A stretch of 64,000 bases of DNA, from the NCBI GenBank assembly GCA_951406725.2, contig OX597817.1:93806001-93870000 (forward strand), in the 5' to 3' direction. This DNA comes from Octopus vulgaris. Lineage: Eukaryota. How positions within the stretch are numbered: position 1 is the first letter of the stretch; every line of letters starts with the position of its first letter. Of this stretch, positions 10,401 to 22,606 are shown piece by piece. The notes under the pieces are model-generated. The model worked only from the letters and a program-made list of their open reading frames with translations, did no database searches and was not told where the DNA came from. Made by a program: the position numbers and the translations under genes.

Positions 10401-10870
10401 CTCTGCCTGTTCGAGATAAACTCTACCGGCACGGAAGTGCCGTCAGCCGGGCCTGCCCGAGGTGTTGCCAGGACGACGAAACCGTTCTGCACGCACTCGT
10501 CCAGTGCCCGAGTATTGCTGAAATATGGGTTTATGTCGAACAGCTACTGTCACGTGTAGGACGGATCCGACTATCGGCCGAATCCATAGTGAAGATTGCC
10601 CCGCCGACCTCCTTTAACAAGGAGGGCGAGGCCGTTTTCTTGTGCCTTGTGGCTGTGGCGAAAGAAGTCGTGTGGTGGACTCGTTTGAAAGGGCTAAAGT
10701 CAGACACTTTCCTCTTTGGTCAAGGCCTCATCAACTTTTTCAAGTTTCACTTGAAAAGGAAGATGAGGTTAGAGAGGAAAGTGCTGTCCGATAGCAAGTT
10801 TTATGAAAGGTGGGTGAATTGTGCGAGACTGGCCTGTATAAATGGACCAGTTCTCAGGTTTCGCCTGTGA
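7436..10870 (+). CDS. ORF2 APE-RT, 1144 aa, intact
   Basis: Same motifs as copy 1. Differs at I34V and one H/R position. Confidence 0.96.
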   Translation: MANLRIGCLNVRGLGSPWKQGHLLNDLRFHDVDVAAISETRLSDPQELAALFGGYEIFLSPCRPGAGGGGTAVLFRKGLDLKIRTVFLDPEGKLVVLDVDGSDGGAFRLLAAYAPTGAGQSDYFKRLEVFLGTSRTLVLVGDWNAVLDERFDRVGRGASVRRGGGCKSLANLLGRFQLSDRFRLDNPNVPMWTWTNRIGSSRSYLDRVFCRPADKDSVGCPQFHLVEYTDHKLVICTVDLDRLHRQGPGYWKLNASLTACKAYRDRISLLVKRALTGAIINNNWWFALKRAIRVESIRYSKTLAIERRKRERDLVKKLDEALDTGIATDVLAARLALDQHFDAKHEGCVVRAKARSLSGEGTRAARWARVAEAKRGNRATIRSLVDQNGREVTQPKQMCTVLQRHFAQLFGTSGGTDTNGTDFGVYLDGLPQLSDSEAECCEGPISAWEVQEAMKSCTRGRSPGLDGLPYELYFSMPDLFADLLANVYCNWQQNGRIPAFVCRGVVALLKKDPNKGDVIGNFRPITLLNAELKILAKVLAKRLALVVDKLVGGTQTCAVPTRSIHDNLHLMRYIIERVGNDAGAGGALINLDQSKAFDRVDHRYLAAVLKAAGFGPVFRGWIAALYSNICSVIRVNGHLSEPFDISRSVRQGCPLSSLLYILTLEPLLRKLEALRGIPRDLGGGNSVSAYADDVTVVVSSHRHIGLIGETLNQYEAVTGAKINAEKSVGLQLGTWRGKPMPSNSVVGRWTDGPVKLLGVWFGPDLQVDKNWEEVTSRVARLTQKWAERKLSLKGRAEVANAYIASVIYYRLTVVPCPDRWLAKLVRLLFDFLWKGQVPLVRRSICCQRPLNGGLGMPWLLLRRHALRLRHLKRFLDGEQVWSSFVRRDFPQLVSLTELQTWIKRRPRKGAWHLECRQALSALHQAGNAVGYSSTLAFYRGLVEEKCDDVLGETLGVEDDELSGLFGRTFGPGPMDNFQRSLAWQCYRGALPVRDKLYRHGSAVSRACPRCCQDDETVLHALVQCPSIAEIWVYVEQLLSRVGRIRLSAESIVKIAPPTSFNKEGEAVFLCLVAVAKEVVWWTRLKGLKSDTFLFGQGLINFFKFHLKRKMRLERKVLSDSKFYERWVNCARLACINGPVLRFRL

Positions 10871-11384
10871 TTTCAAAGAAAAAGGTAATGTAAAAGGAGA
10901 AGAAAGGGGACTCTCTACACCCCCTTTTTTGACCAGGCTCCCGTTGGCTTTTGTAGGGTTTTTTCCACCAGGAACCTTTCGAGACGTCTCCCCCTTTTGG
11001 GAGTTTTTCATTGTTGAATTTTATAAGTTGTTATAAAGATTTTTACTCGATGTTTTTAAAAAAACGGCAAAACCCTTTGTAAACTTTCGTCCTGTCTTGT
11101 CCCTTTATGTAATCATGCGTGTCAGCCCTTGTGGCCAATAAAAAAGAATTGATTATTATTATTATTCCTTCCGACGCCGATGGACGTACGTGAATCAGCT
11201 CCGTGAGTTTGACACCAATTTTATTGGAAATTTTTGATAAGTTTGAATATTTTTTAATATTTTTGTAGCCAAACCGACCGGCTTCTTGCGGAGCTCGTCG
11301 GTTGGGCGAAATTTTGCCCCATTCGGGGTGAAATTACTGTCTATCCTTTTGAAATTGACATTTTTTGCACACACACATTACAAA

Positions 11385-13267
11385 ATGGCACTGAAACGAG
11401 CTGCTGGCTCTTCCCTCCTTCTTGCAACACCCCCCTACAAGAACAAAAAAAAATAACGTCACGGGTTACGTACAACCCATTTCAGGCCGTAAAAGGCAAC
11501 AAAGCTCCTCCTTCCGAACCGGAGAGCACGCGCTCGGTTCAAAAGGAGAATGCATGCCAGGACGTCGCGTTCGACGTCACTCTTGATTTCCCCCCTCTGC
11601 CTTCAACAAGTGATGCTGTACCGAAGGGGGAGGTAAAGAAAATTATAACAGACACAAACACAGACAAGAACCAACAAAAAACTGTAAAAGCTTCTAACGA
11701 TTTTGCTTCTGCTGCGAAGCAAATTTCGGAAGATGTAGAAATTACAATGGAGGACATAAAAATGGCACAAGATTTGTTGAGAAAGGAGGGGAACAGTGTT
11801 TTCCTCAACACACCTCAACAACTCACACAAGAAACAAGCAAAAGAACAATCTTTTATAAAGTCTTCGAAAAGAAAACTAAAAGATTGTTTAACGCCACAC
11901 CACAACAGTTGGAGATGGCTCTGAAGCCCATTTGGGGCCAGAAGAGCTATGTGACAAGAGGGAAGCGATTTGGAACCGTGGAGGTTCGCTTCCCAACAGA
12001 GGAGCTTGCAAGGGCGAACGCCATTTCGCCCTTGCAAAATGAACATTTGTTCCTCGTCCCGACGTACCTCGGGCGTAAGGTACAAAAAATAACTATAAGC
12101 ACAATACCCCCGAACAGAAAATCTCATGGCTAGTGGCGGCTGTCCTCTATGGCATAGAGGACACTGCCACTATTCTGAATGTTCGGAGGGTACGAGAAAA
12201 GAACTGGTCAGGCATGGGTATTCAACTGCTGGTACAGATCCAGCAGGAAAACATCAATGCCATACCTGACTTTGTCATCTTGCTGGATGGGACCAGGCTA
12301 AATGTTATTGTAGAGGGGCGAAAGCCAAAATGTTTCCTCTGCAGTAGCGAAAGCCACCTAAAAAGGGACTGCCCCATTCAAAAAAAGAGAATGGAGGAGT
12401 ATAGCAAGAGGCAGCAGCAACAACAACAACAACAACAACAACAACAAGCAACAACAACAGAAACAACAAAAACAGCAAGAAAAACCAAAGGCTGCCACAC
12501 CACCAACACCATCACCAACACCAGCACCAAGACGAACAACACCACCTCCAACAACAACAACCACCACCAAACCAACACCGACAACCACCACCAAACCAAC
12601 ACCGACACCAGTACCTCGAAGGTCGACAGCAGCGACATCAACAGTAACAGGAGCAGCGGCACCACCGATACCGGCGGAACCTAAAACTTTTCGTCCTGCT
12701 ACTGAAGCAGACCCCTCAACCATTCCTTTGCCGGATGAAGAGATCTCGGATTGTGCGAGCTCGGATTCCAACAAAGGAGAATGGAATATAGTACCTCCAA
12801 AAAAGAAAAGGAGGAAAAAACAAAAAGTTTTACAGGGGAAGCACGAACAAATAGTACTTCCCAACATCAACAACAACATCAACAACAACACACACTCACA
12901 ACAACAAACAACAACAACAACACTTTCGACACCACTACTGCCACTACCACAGACACAAACAAACACAGACACAATTACAGACACGATTACAGCAGTGAAT
13001 ACAAGAAACCAGGAACTGGTTGAGTATTTGAAAAACAAAACAAGCACAAACATTACAGATTTCATAATACCTACACACAACACACCACCAGCACACATTC
13101 TCACAATAAAAATAAACAAAACAGTGTACAATGAAATAAAACAAATATTCCCTAACGATGTGGGATCGTTAGGGAAAAGTTTCTCTCAGAAACTTTACAA
13201 AAATATTATTGAAGCACCCGTGCAAAAGCACAAGGGAGCCACCCCCACCACCAACAACAGTAAGTAG
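11385..13267 (+). CDS. ORF1, frameshifted at homopolymer/CAA-repeat sites
   Basis: ORF pieces 11747..12133, 12133..12684 and 12728..13267 match consensus ORF1. Confidence 0.75.
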
Positions 13268-13304
13268 AGCCTTTTTTCTCCTTTTTTTTCCTAATTCTTG
13301 AGAC

Positions 13305-16300
13305 ATGGCAAATCTTAGAATCGGTTGCTTGAATGTGAGAGGCCTCGGGTCACCTTGGAAACAGGGTCACCTGTTAAACGACCTGAGGTTTCATGATGTG
13401 GATATAGCAGCCATCAGTGAAACCAGGCTCTCCGACCCGCAGGAACTCGCAGCCCTTTTCGGCGGATACGAGATATTTCTATCTCCGTGTCGGCCGGGAG
13501 CGGGCGGTGGTGGTACTGCGGTGTTGTTTCGGAAGGGCCTGGACCTGAAAATAAGAACAGTCTTCTTGGATCCGGAAGGTAAGTTGGTGGTCCTCGACGT
13601 GGACGGTAGTGACGGCGGTGCTTTCAGACTGCTGGCTGCCTACGCTCCGACAGGAGCAGGGCAGTCGGATTATTTCAAACGTCTGGAAGTTTTCCTGGGA
13701 ACGTCACGCACTCTAGTACTAGTTGGGGATTGGAACGCTGTCTTAGACGAACGTTTCGATCGGGTGGGCAGGGGAGCGTCTGTTAGGAGAGGGGGTGGGT
13801 GCAAGAGCCTCGCCAACCTACTCGGCCGCTTTCAGCTGTCCGACAGGTTTCGACTAGACAACCCGAATGTGCCAATGTGGACTTGGACAAACCGCATCGG
13901 GTCGTCTAGATCGTACTTAGATAGAGTGTTTTGTAGGCCAGCGGATAAGGACAGCGTAGGGTGTCCACAATTCCACCTAGTCGAATATACGGACCACAAA
14001 TTAGTGATCTGTACGGTCGACTTAGATAGGCTACATAGACAGGGACCCGGCTACTGGAAGCTGAACGCGTCGTTAACGGCGTGCAAAGCTTACAGAGACC
14101 GGATTAGTTTACTAGTTAAGCGGGCGCTCACGGGGGCAATCATCAACAACAACTGGTGGTTTGCCCTCAAGAGAGCAATTAGAGTAGAGTCGATTAGGTA
14201 TAGTAAGACTCTAGCTATTGAACGTAGGAAGAGAGAGCGGGATTTAGTTAAGAAACTAGACGAGGCTCTTGACACTGGCATCGCGACCGACGTGTTGGCG
14301 GCAAGGTTGGCCCTCGACCAACACTTCGACGCCAAACACGAAGGCTGCGTTGTCAGAGCTAAGGCACGTTCGCTAAGCGGGGAGGGGACTAGAGCCGCTC
14401 GATGGGCCCGCGTGGCGGAGGCGAAGCGAGGCAACAGAGCAACCATTCGGTCTTTGGTGGACCAGAACGGGCGCGAGGTTACCCAACCGAAGCAGATGTG
14501 TACGGTACTTCAGCGGCACTTTGCTCAACTGTTTGGGACGAGCGGTGGAACGGACACCAACGGTACAGACTTCGGTGTGTACCTGGACGGACTGCCGCAA
14601 CTCTCGGACAGCGAGGCAGAGTGCTGCGAAGGACCGATATCTGCCTGGGAAGTACAGGAAGCGATGAAGAGTTGCACGAGAGGTAGATCGCCGGGTTTGG
14701 ATGGTCTGCCCTACGAGCTTTACTTTTCAATGCCAGACTTGTTTGCGGACCTGTTGGCAAACGTCTACTGCAACTGGCAGCAAAACGGGAGAATTCCTGC
14801 TTTTGTCTGTCGAGGGGTGGTGGCTTTGCTAAAGAAGGACCCAAACAAGGGGGACGTTATAGGGAATTTCCGGCCCATCACTCTGCTCAATGCAGAGTTG
14901 AAGATTTTGGCCAAGGTGCTAGCCAAGAGATTGGCGCTTGTCGTGGACAAGCTGGTCGGCGGGACGCAGACATGCGCCGTGCCGACCAGGTCGATACACG
15001 ACAACCTCCATCTCATGCGCTACATCATAGAGAGGGTGGGTAACGACGCTGGCGCGGGTGGGGCTTTGATCAACTTGGATCAGAGTAAAGCCTTCGATAG
15101 GGTCGACCATCGGTACCTGGCAGCTGTCCTCAAGGCAGCCGGCTTCGGTCCAGTCTTCCGCGGGTGGATCGCTGCTTTATACAGCAACATCTGCTCGGTG
15201 ATACGGGTGAACGGTCACCTTTCGGAACCGTTCGACATCTCGCGTTCGGTCCGCCAAGGATGCCCTCTCTCCTCCCTCTTGTACATTTTGACTCTCGAGC
15301 CATTACTGCGCAAGTTGGAGGCTTTGAGGGGCATCCCGCGCGATCTAGGAGGCGGAAACAGCGTGTCTGCTTATGCCGACGACGTCACCGTGGTGGTGTC
15401 GAGCCACAGGCACATTGGCCTGATTGGCGAGACGCTAAACCAGTACGAAGCGGTGACAGGGGCAAAGATTAACGCGGAAAAGTCTGTGGGCTTGCAACTG
15501 GGCACCTGGAGAGGCAAGCCCATGCCGTCCAACAGCGTCGTAGGGCGCTGGACAGACGGACCCGTTAAACTGCTCGGGGTCTGGTTCGGTCCGGACCTCC
15601 AGGTGGATAAGAACTGGGAAGAGGTGACGAGCAGGGTGGCACGTCTCACCCAGAAATGGGCCGAGAGGAAGCTGTCCCTGAAAGGTCGAGCGGAGGTGGC
15701 GAATGCGTACATCGCATCCGTCATCTATTACCGCTTGACCGTCGTCCCTTGTCCCGACCGCTGGTTGGCCAAGCTGGTACACCTGCTCTTCGACTTTTTG
15801 TGGAAGGGTCAGGTGCCACTGGTCAGGCGATCCATCTGCTGTCAACGACCGCTGAACGGAGGCCTTGGAATGCCGTGGTTGCTGTTGCGCAGACATGCGC
15901 TCAGGCTGCGGCATCTCAAGCGCTTCCTAGACGGTGAACAGGTGTGGTCGTCTTTTGTCAGACGCGATTTTCCGCAGCTCGTCTCTTTGACGGAGCTGCA
16001 GACCTGGATCAAACGTAGACCGAGAAAGGGCGCTTGGCACCTCGAGTGCCGTCAAGCCCTCTCCGCCCTCCACCAGGCGGGCAATGCGGTCGGTTACAGC
16101 TCCACTCTAGCGTTCTATAGAGGGTTAGTGGAGGAAAAATGCGACGACGTTCTCGGGGAAACTCTAGGCGTTGAAGACGACGAACTGAGCGGTCTGTTCG
16201 GGAGGACTTTCGGGCCGGGGCCGATGGATAATTTCCAGAGGTCTCTCGCCTGGCAGTGCTACCGAGGGGCTCTGCCTGTTCGAGATAAACTCTACCGGCA

Positions 16301-16739
16301 CGGAAGTGCCGTCAGCCGGGCCTGCCCGAGGTGTTGCCAGGACGACGAAACCGTTCTGCACGCACTCGTCCAGTGCCCGAGTATTGCTGAAATATGGGTT
16401 TATGTCGAACAGCTACTGTCACGTGTAGGACGGATCCGACTATCGGCCGAATCCATAGTGAAGATTGCCCCGCCGACCTCCTTTAACAAGGAGGGCGAGG
16501 CCGTTTTCTTGTGCCTTGTGGCTGTGGCGAAAGAAGTCGTGTGGTGGACTCGTTTGAAAGGGCTAAAGTCAGACACTTTCCTCTTTGGTCAAGGCCTCAT
16601 CAACTTTTTCAAGTTTCACTTGAAAAGGAAGATGAGGTTAGAGAGGAAAGTGCTGTCCGATAGCAAGTTTTATGAAAGGTGGGTGAATTGTGCGAGACTG
16701 GCCTGTATAAATGGACCAGTTCTCAGGTTTCGCCTGTGA
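13305..16739 (+). CDS. ORF2 APE-RT, 1144 aa, intact
   Basis: Same motifs as copy 1. Confidence 0.96.
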   Translation: MANLRIGCLNVRGLGSPWKQGHLLNDLRFHDVDIAAISETRLSDPQELAALFGGYEIFLSPCRPGAGGGGTAVLFRKGLDLKIRTVFLDPEGKLVVLDVDGSDGGAFRLLAAYAPTGAGQSDYFKRLEVFLGTSRTLVLVGDWNAVLDERFDRVGRGASVRRGGGCKSLANLLGRFQLSDRFRLDNPNVPMWTWTNRIGSSRSYLDRVFCRPADKDSVGCPQFHLVEYTDHKLVICTVDLDRLHRQGPGYWKLNASLTACKAYRDRISLLVKRALTGAIINNNWWFALKRAIRVESIRYSKTLAIERRKRERDLVKKLDEALDTGIATDVLAARLALDQHFDAKHEGCVVRAKARSLSGEGTRAARWARVAEAKRGNRATIRSLVDQNGREVTQPKQMCTVLQRHFAQLFGTSGGTDTNGTDFGVYLDGLPQLSDSEAECCEGPISAWEVQEAMKSCTRGRSPGLDGLPYELYFSMPDLFADLLANVYCNWQQNGRIPAFVCRGVVALLKKDPNKGDVIGNFRPITLLNAELKILAKVLAKRLALVVDKLVGGTQTCAVPTRSIHDNLHLMRYIIERVGNDAGAGGALINLDQSKAFDRVDHRYLAAVLKAAGFGPVFRGWIAALYSNICSVIRVNGHLSEPFDISRSVRQGCPLSSLLYILTLEPLLRKLEALRGIPRDLGGGNSVSAYADDVTVVVSSHRHIGLIGETLNQYEAVTGAKINAEKSVGLQLGTWRGKPMPSNSVVGRWTDGPVKLLGVWFGPDLQVDKNWEEVTSRVARLTQKWAERKLSLKGRAEVANAYIASVIYYRLTVVPCPDRWLAKLVHLLFDFLWKGQVPLVRRSICCQRPLNGGLGMPWLLLRRHALRLRHLKRFLDGEQVWSSFVRRDFPQLVSLTELQTWIKRRPRKGAWHLECRQALSALHQAGNAVGYSSTLAFYRGLVEEKCDDVLGETLGVEDDELSGLFGRTFGPGPMDNFQRSLAWQCYRGALPVRDKLYRHGSAVSRACPRCCQDDETVLHALVQCPSIAEIWVYVEQLLSRVGRIRLSAESIVKIAPPTSFNKEGEAVFLCLVAVAKEVVWWTRLKGLKSDTFLFGQGLINFFKFHLKRKMRLERKVLSDSKFYERWVNCARLACINGPVLRFRL

Positions 16740-17257
16740 TTTCAAAGAAAAAGGTAATGTAAAAGGAGAAGAAAGGGGACTCTCTACACCCCCTTTTTTT
16801 GACCAGGCTCCCGTTGGCTTTTGTAGGGTTTTTTCCACCGGGAACATTTTCGAGACGTCTCCCCCTTTTGGGAGTTTTTCATTGTTGAATTTTATAAGTT
16901 GTTATAAAGATTTTTACTCGATGTTTTTAAAAAACGGACAAAACCCTTTGTAACCTTTCGTCCTGTCTTGTCCCTTTATGTAATCATGCGTGTCAGCCCT
17001 TGTGGCCAATAAAAAAATTGATTATTATTATTATTATTCCTTCCGACGCCGATGGACGTACGTGAATCAGCTCTGTGAGTTTTGTGCCAATTTCATTGGA
17101 AATTTTTTAATAAGCTTGAATATTTTTTAATATTTTTGTAGCCAAACCGACCGGCTTCTTGCGGAGCTCGTCGGTTGGGCGAAATTTTGCCCCATTCGGG
17201 GTGAAATTACTGTCTATCCTTTTGAAATTGACATTTTTTGCACACACACATTACAAA

Positions 17258-19134
17258 ATGGCACTAAAACGAGCTGCTGGCTCTTCCCTCCTTCTTGCAA
17301 CACCCCCTACAAGAACAAAAAAAATAACGTCACGGGTTACGTACAACCCATTTCAGGCCGTAAAAGGCAACAAAGCTCCTCCTTCCGAACCGGAGAGCAC
17401 GCGCTCGGTTCAAAAGGAGAATGCATGCCAGGACGTCGCGTTCGACGTCACTCTTGATTTCCCCCCTCTGCCTTCAACAAGTGATGCTGTACCGAAGGGG
17501 AGGTAAAGAAAATTATAACAGACACAAACACAGACAAGAACCAACAAAAAACTGTAAAAGCTTCTAACGATTTTGCTTCTGCTGCGAAGCAAATTTCGGA
17601 AGATGTAGAAATTACAATGGAGGACATAAAAATGGCACAAGATTTGTTGAGAAAGGAGGGGAACAGTGTTTTCCTCAACACACCTCAACAACTCACACAA
17701 GAAACAAGCAAAAGAACAATCTTTTATAAAGTCTTCGAAAAGAAAACTAAAAGATTGTTTAACGCCACACCACAACAGTTGGAGATGGCTCTGAAGCCCA
17801 TTTGGGGCCAGAAGAGCTATGTGACAAGAGGAAGCGATTTGGAACCGTGGAGGTTCGCTTCCCAACAGAGGAGCTTGCAAGGGCAAACGCCATTTCGCCC
17901 TTGCAAAATGAACATTTGTTCCTCGTCCCGACGTACCTCGGGCGTAAGGTACAAAAAATAACCATAAGCACAATACCCCCCGAACAGAAAATCTCATGGC
18001 TAGTGGCGGCTGTCCTCTATGGCATAGAGGACACTGCCACTATTCTGAATGTTCGGAGGGTACGAGAAAAGAACTGGTCAGGCATGGGTATTCAACTGCT
18101 GGTACAGATCCAGCAGGAAAACATCAATGCCATACCTGACTTTGTCATCTTGCTGGATGGGACCAGGCTAAATGTTATTGTAGAGGGGCGAAAGCCAAAA
18201 TGTTTCCTCTGCAGTAGCGAAAGCCACCTAAAAGGGACTGCCCCATTCAAAAAAAGAGAATGGAGGAGTATAGCAAGAGGCAGCAGCAACAACAACAACA
18301 ACAACAACAACACAAGCAACAACAACAGAAACAACAAAAACAGCAAGAAAAACCAAAGGCTGCCACACCACCAACACCATCACCAACACCAGCACCAAGA
18401 CGAACAACACCACCTCCAACAACAACAACCACCACCAAACCAACACCGACAACCACCACCAAACCAACACCGACACCAGTACCTCGAAGGTCGACAGCAG
18501 CGACATCAACAGTAACAGGAGCAGCGGCACCACCGATACCGGCGGAACCAAAACTTTTCGTCCTGCTACTGAAGCAGACCCCTCAACCATTCCTTTGCCG
18601 GATGAAGAGATCTCGGATTGTGCGAGCTCTGATTCCAACAAAGGAGAATGGAATATAGTACCTCCAAAAAAGAAAAGGAGGAAAAAACAAAAAGTTTTAC
18701 AGGGGAAGCACGAACAAATAGTACTTCCCAACATCAACAACAACATCAACAACAACACACACTCACAACAACAAACAACAACAACAACACTTTCGACACC
18801 ACTACTGCCACTACCACAGACACAAACAAACACAGACACAATTACAGACACGATTACAGCAGTGAATACAAGAAACCAGGAACTGGTTGAGTATTTGAAA
18901 AACAAAACAAGCACAAACATTACAGATTTCATAATACCTACACACAACACACCACCAGCACACATTCTCACAATAAAAATAAACAAAACAGTGTACAATG
19001 AAATAAAACAAATATTCCCTAACGATGTGGGATCGTTAGGGAAAAGTTTCTCTCAGAAACTTTACAAAAATATTATTGAAGCACCCGTGCAAAAGCACAA
19101 GGGAGCCACCCCCACCACCAACAACAGTAAGTAG
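17258..19134 (+). CDS. ORF1, several single-base indels
   Basis: Fragments 17159..17506, 17617..17961, 17802..18515, 18260..18658 and 18595..19134 tile ORF1. Confidence 0.7.
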
Positions 19135-19172
19135 AGCCTTTTTTCTCCTTTTTTTTCCCTAACTTTTGAAAC

Positions 19173-22100
19173 ATGGCAAATCTTAGAATCGGTTGCTTGA
19201 ATGTGAGAGGCCTCGGGTCACCTTGGAAACAGGGTCACCTGTTAAACGACCTGAGGTTTCATGATGTGGATGTAGCAGCCATCAGTGAAACCAGGCTCTC
19301 CGACCCGCAGGAACTCGCAGCCCTTTTCGGCGGATACGAGATATTTCTATCTCCGTGTCGGCCGGGAGCGGGCGGTGGTGGTACTGCGGTGTTGTTTCGG
19401 AAGGGCCTGGACCTGAAAATAAGGACAGTCTTCTTGGATCCGGAAGGTAAGTTGGTGGTCCTCGACGTGGACGGTAGTGACGGCGGTGCTTTCAGACTGC
19501 TGGCTGCCTACGCTCCGACAGGAGCAGGGCAGTCGGATTATTTCAAACGTCTGGAAGTTTTCCTGGGAACGTCACGCACTCTAGTACTAGTTGGGGATTG
19601 GAACGCTGTCTTAGACGAACGTTTCGATCGGGTGGGCAGGGGAGCGTCTGATAGGAGAGGGGAGGGTGCAAGAGCCTCGCCAACCTACTCGGCCGCTTTC
19701 AGCTGTCCGACAGGTTTCGACTAGACAACCCGAATGTGCCAATGTGGACTTGGACAAACCGCATCGGGTCGTCTAGATCGTACTTAGATAGAGTGTTTTG
19801 TAGGCCAGCGGATAAGGACAGCGTAGGGTGTCCACAATTCCACCTAGTCGAATATACGGACCACAAATTAGTGATCTGTACGGTCGACTTAGATAGGCTA
19901 CATAGACAGGGACCCGGCTACTGGAAGCTGAACGCGTCGTTAACGGCGTGCAAAGCTTACAGAGACCGGATTAGTTTACTAGTTAAGCGGGCGCTCACGG
20001 GGGCAATCATCAACAACAACTGGTGGTTTGCCCTCAAGAGAGCAATTAGAGTAGAGTCGATTAGGTATAGTAAGACTCTAGCTATTGAACGTAGGAAGAG
20101 AGAGCGGGATTTAGTTAAGAAACTAGACGAGGCTCTTGACACTGGCATCGCGACCGACGTGTTGGCGGCAAGGTTGGCCCTCGACCAACACTTCGACGCC
20201 AAACACGAAGGCTGCGTTGTCAGAGCTAAGGCACGTTCGCTAAGCGGGGAGGGGACTAGAGCCGCTCGATGGGCCCGCGTGGCGGAGGCGAAGCGAGGCA
20301 ACAGAGCAACCATTCGGTCTTTGGTGGACCAGAACGGGCGCGAGGTTACCCAACCGAAGCAGATGTGTACGGTGCTTCAGCGGCACTTTGCTCAACTGTT
20401 TGGGACGAGCGGTGGAACGGACACCAACGGTACAGACTTCGGTGTGTACCTGGACGGACTGCCGCAACTCTCGGACAGCGAGGCAGAGTGCTGCGAAGGA
20501 CCGATATCTGCCTGGGAAGTACAGGAAGCGATGAAGAGTTGCACGAGAGGTAGATCGCCGGGTTTGGATGGTCTGCCCTACGAGCTTTACTTTTCAATGC
20601 CAGACTTGTTTGCGGACCTGTTGGCAAACGTCTACTGCAACTGGCAGCAAAACGGGAGAATTCCTGCTTTTGTCTGTCGAGGGGTGGTGGCTTTGCTAAA
20701 GAAGGACCCAAACAAGGGGGACGTTATAGGCAATTTCCGGCCCATCACTCTGCTCAATGCAGAGTTGAAGATTTTGGCCAAGGTGCTAGCCAAGAGATTG
20801 GCGCTTGTCGTGGACAAGCTGGTCGGCGGGACGCAGACATGCGCCGTGCCGACCAGGTCGATACACGACAACCTCCATCTCATGCGCTACATCATAGAGA
20901 GGGTGGGTAACGACGCTGGCGCGGGTGGGGCTTTGATCAACTTGGATCAGAGTAAAGCCTTCGATAGGGTCGACCATCGGTACCTGGCAGCTGTCCTCAA
21001 GGCAGCCGGCTTCGGTCCAGTCTTCCGCGGGTGGATCGCTGCTTTATACAGCAACATCTGCTCGGTGATACGGGTGAACGGTCACCTTTCGGAACCGTTC
21101 GACATCTCGCGTTCGGTCCGCCAAGGATGCCCTCTCTCCTCCCTCTTGTACATTTTGACTCTCGAGCCATTACTGCGCAAGTTGGAGGCTTTGAGGGGCA
21201 TCCCGCGCGATCTAGGAGGCGGAAACAGCGTGTCTGCTTATGCCGACGACGTCACCGTGGTGGTGTCGAGCCACAGGCACATTGGCCTGATTGGCGAGAC
21301 GCTAAACCAGTACGAAGCGGTGACAGGGGCAAAGATTAACGCGGAAAAGTCTGTGGGCTTGCAACTGGGCACCTGGAGAGGCAAGCCCATGCCGTCCAAC
21401 AGCGTCGTAGGGCGCTGGACAGACGGACCCGTTAAACTGCTCGGGGTCTGGTTCGGTCCGGACCTCCAGGTGGATAAGAACTGGGAAGAGGTGACGAGCA
21501 GGGTGGCACGTCTCACCCAGAAATGGGCCGAGAGGAAGCTGTCCCTGAAAGGTCGAGCGGAGGTGGCGAATGCGTACATCGCATCCGTCATCTATTACCG
21601 CTTGACCGTCGTCCCTTGTCCCGACCGCTGGTTGGCCAAGCTGGTACACCTGCTCTTCGACTTTTTGTGGAAGGGTCAGGTGCCACTGGTCAGGCGATCC
21701 ATCTGCTGTCAACGACCGCTGAACGGAGGCCTTGGAATGCCGTGGTTGCTGTTGCGCAGACATGCGCTCAGGCTGCGGCATCTCAAGCGCTTCCTAGACG
21801 GTGAACAGGTGTGGTCGTCTTTTGTCAGACGCGATTTTCCGCAGCTCGTCTCTTTGACGGAGCTGCAGACCTGGATCAAACGTAGACCGAGAAAGGGCGC
21901 TTGGCACCTCGAGTGCCGTCAAGCCCTCTCCGCCCTCCACCAGGCGGGCAATGCGGTCGGTTACAGCTCCACTCTAGCGTTCTATAGAGGGTTAGTGGAG
22001 GAAAAATGCGACGACGTTCTCGGGGAAACTCTAGGCGTTGAAGACGACGAACTGAGCGGTCTGTTCGGGAGGACTTTCGGGCCGGGGCCGATGGATAATT

Positions 22101-22606
22101 TCCAGAGGTCTCTCGCCTGGCAGTGCTACCGAGGGGCTCTGCCTGTTCGAGATAAACTCTACCGGCACGGAAGTGCCGTCAGCCGGGCCTGCCCGAGGTG
22201 TTGCCAGGACGACGAAACCGTTCTGCACGCACTCGTCCAGTGCCCGAGTATTGCTGAAATATGGGTTTATGTCGAACAGCTACTGTCACGTGTAGGACGG
22301 ATCCGACTATCGGCCGAATCCATAGTGAAGATTGCCCCGCCGACCTCCTTTAACAAGGAGGGCGAGGCCGTTTTCTTGTGCCTTGTGGCTGTGGCGAAAG
22401 AAGTCGTGTGGTGGACTCGTTTGAAAGGGCTAAAGTCAGACACTTTCCTCTTTGGTCAAGGCCTCATCAACTTTTTCAAGTTTCACTTGAAAAGGAAGAT
22501 GAGGTTAGAGAGGAAAGTGCTGTCCGATAGCAAGTTTTATGAAAGGTGGGTGAATTGTGCGAGACTGGCCTGTATAAATGGACCAGTTCTCAGGTTTCGC
22601 CTGTGA
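19173..22606 (+). CDS. ORF2 APE-RT with one frameshift in a G-run near 19660
   Basis: 183-aa and 956-aa pieces; break at GGAGAGGGGAGGG, possibly a consensus error. Confidence 0.9.

Larger units (their letters stand above)
5300..11166 (+). mobile_element. Tx1-clade element, array copy 2, full length (~5.87 kb)
   Basis: Starts CCTTCCGACGCCGATGGACGT and ends (ATT)5. Both ORFs present. Confidence 0.95.
11167..17038 (+). mobile_element. Tx1-clade element, array copy 3, full length
   Basis: Same termini; ends (ATT)6. Confidence 0.95.
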
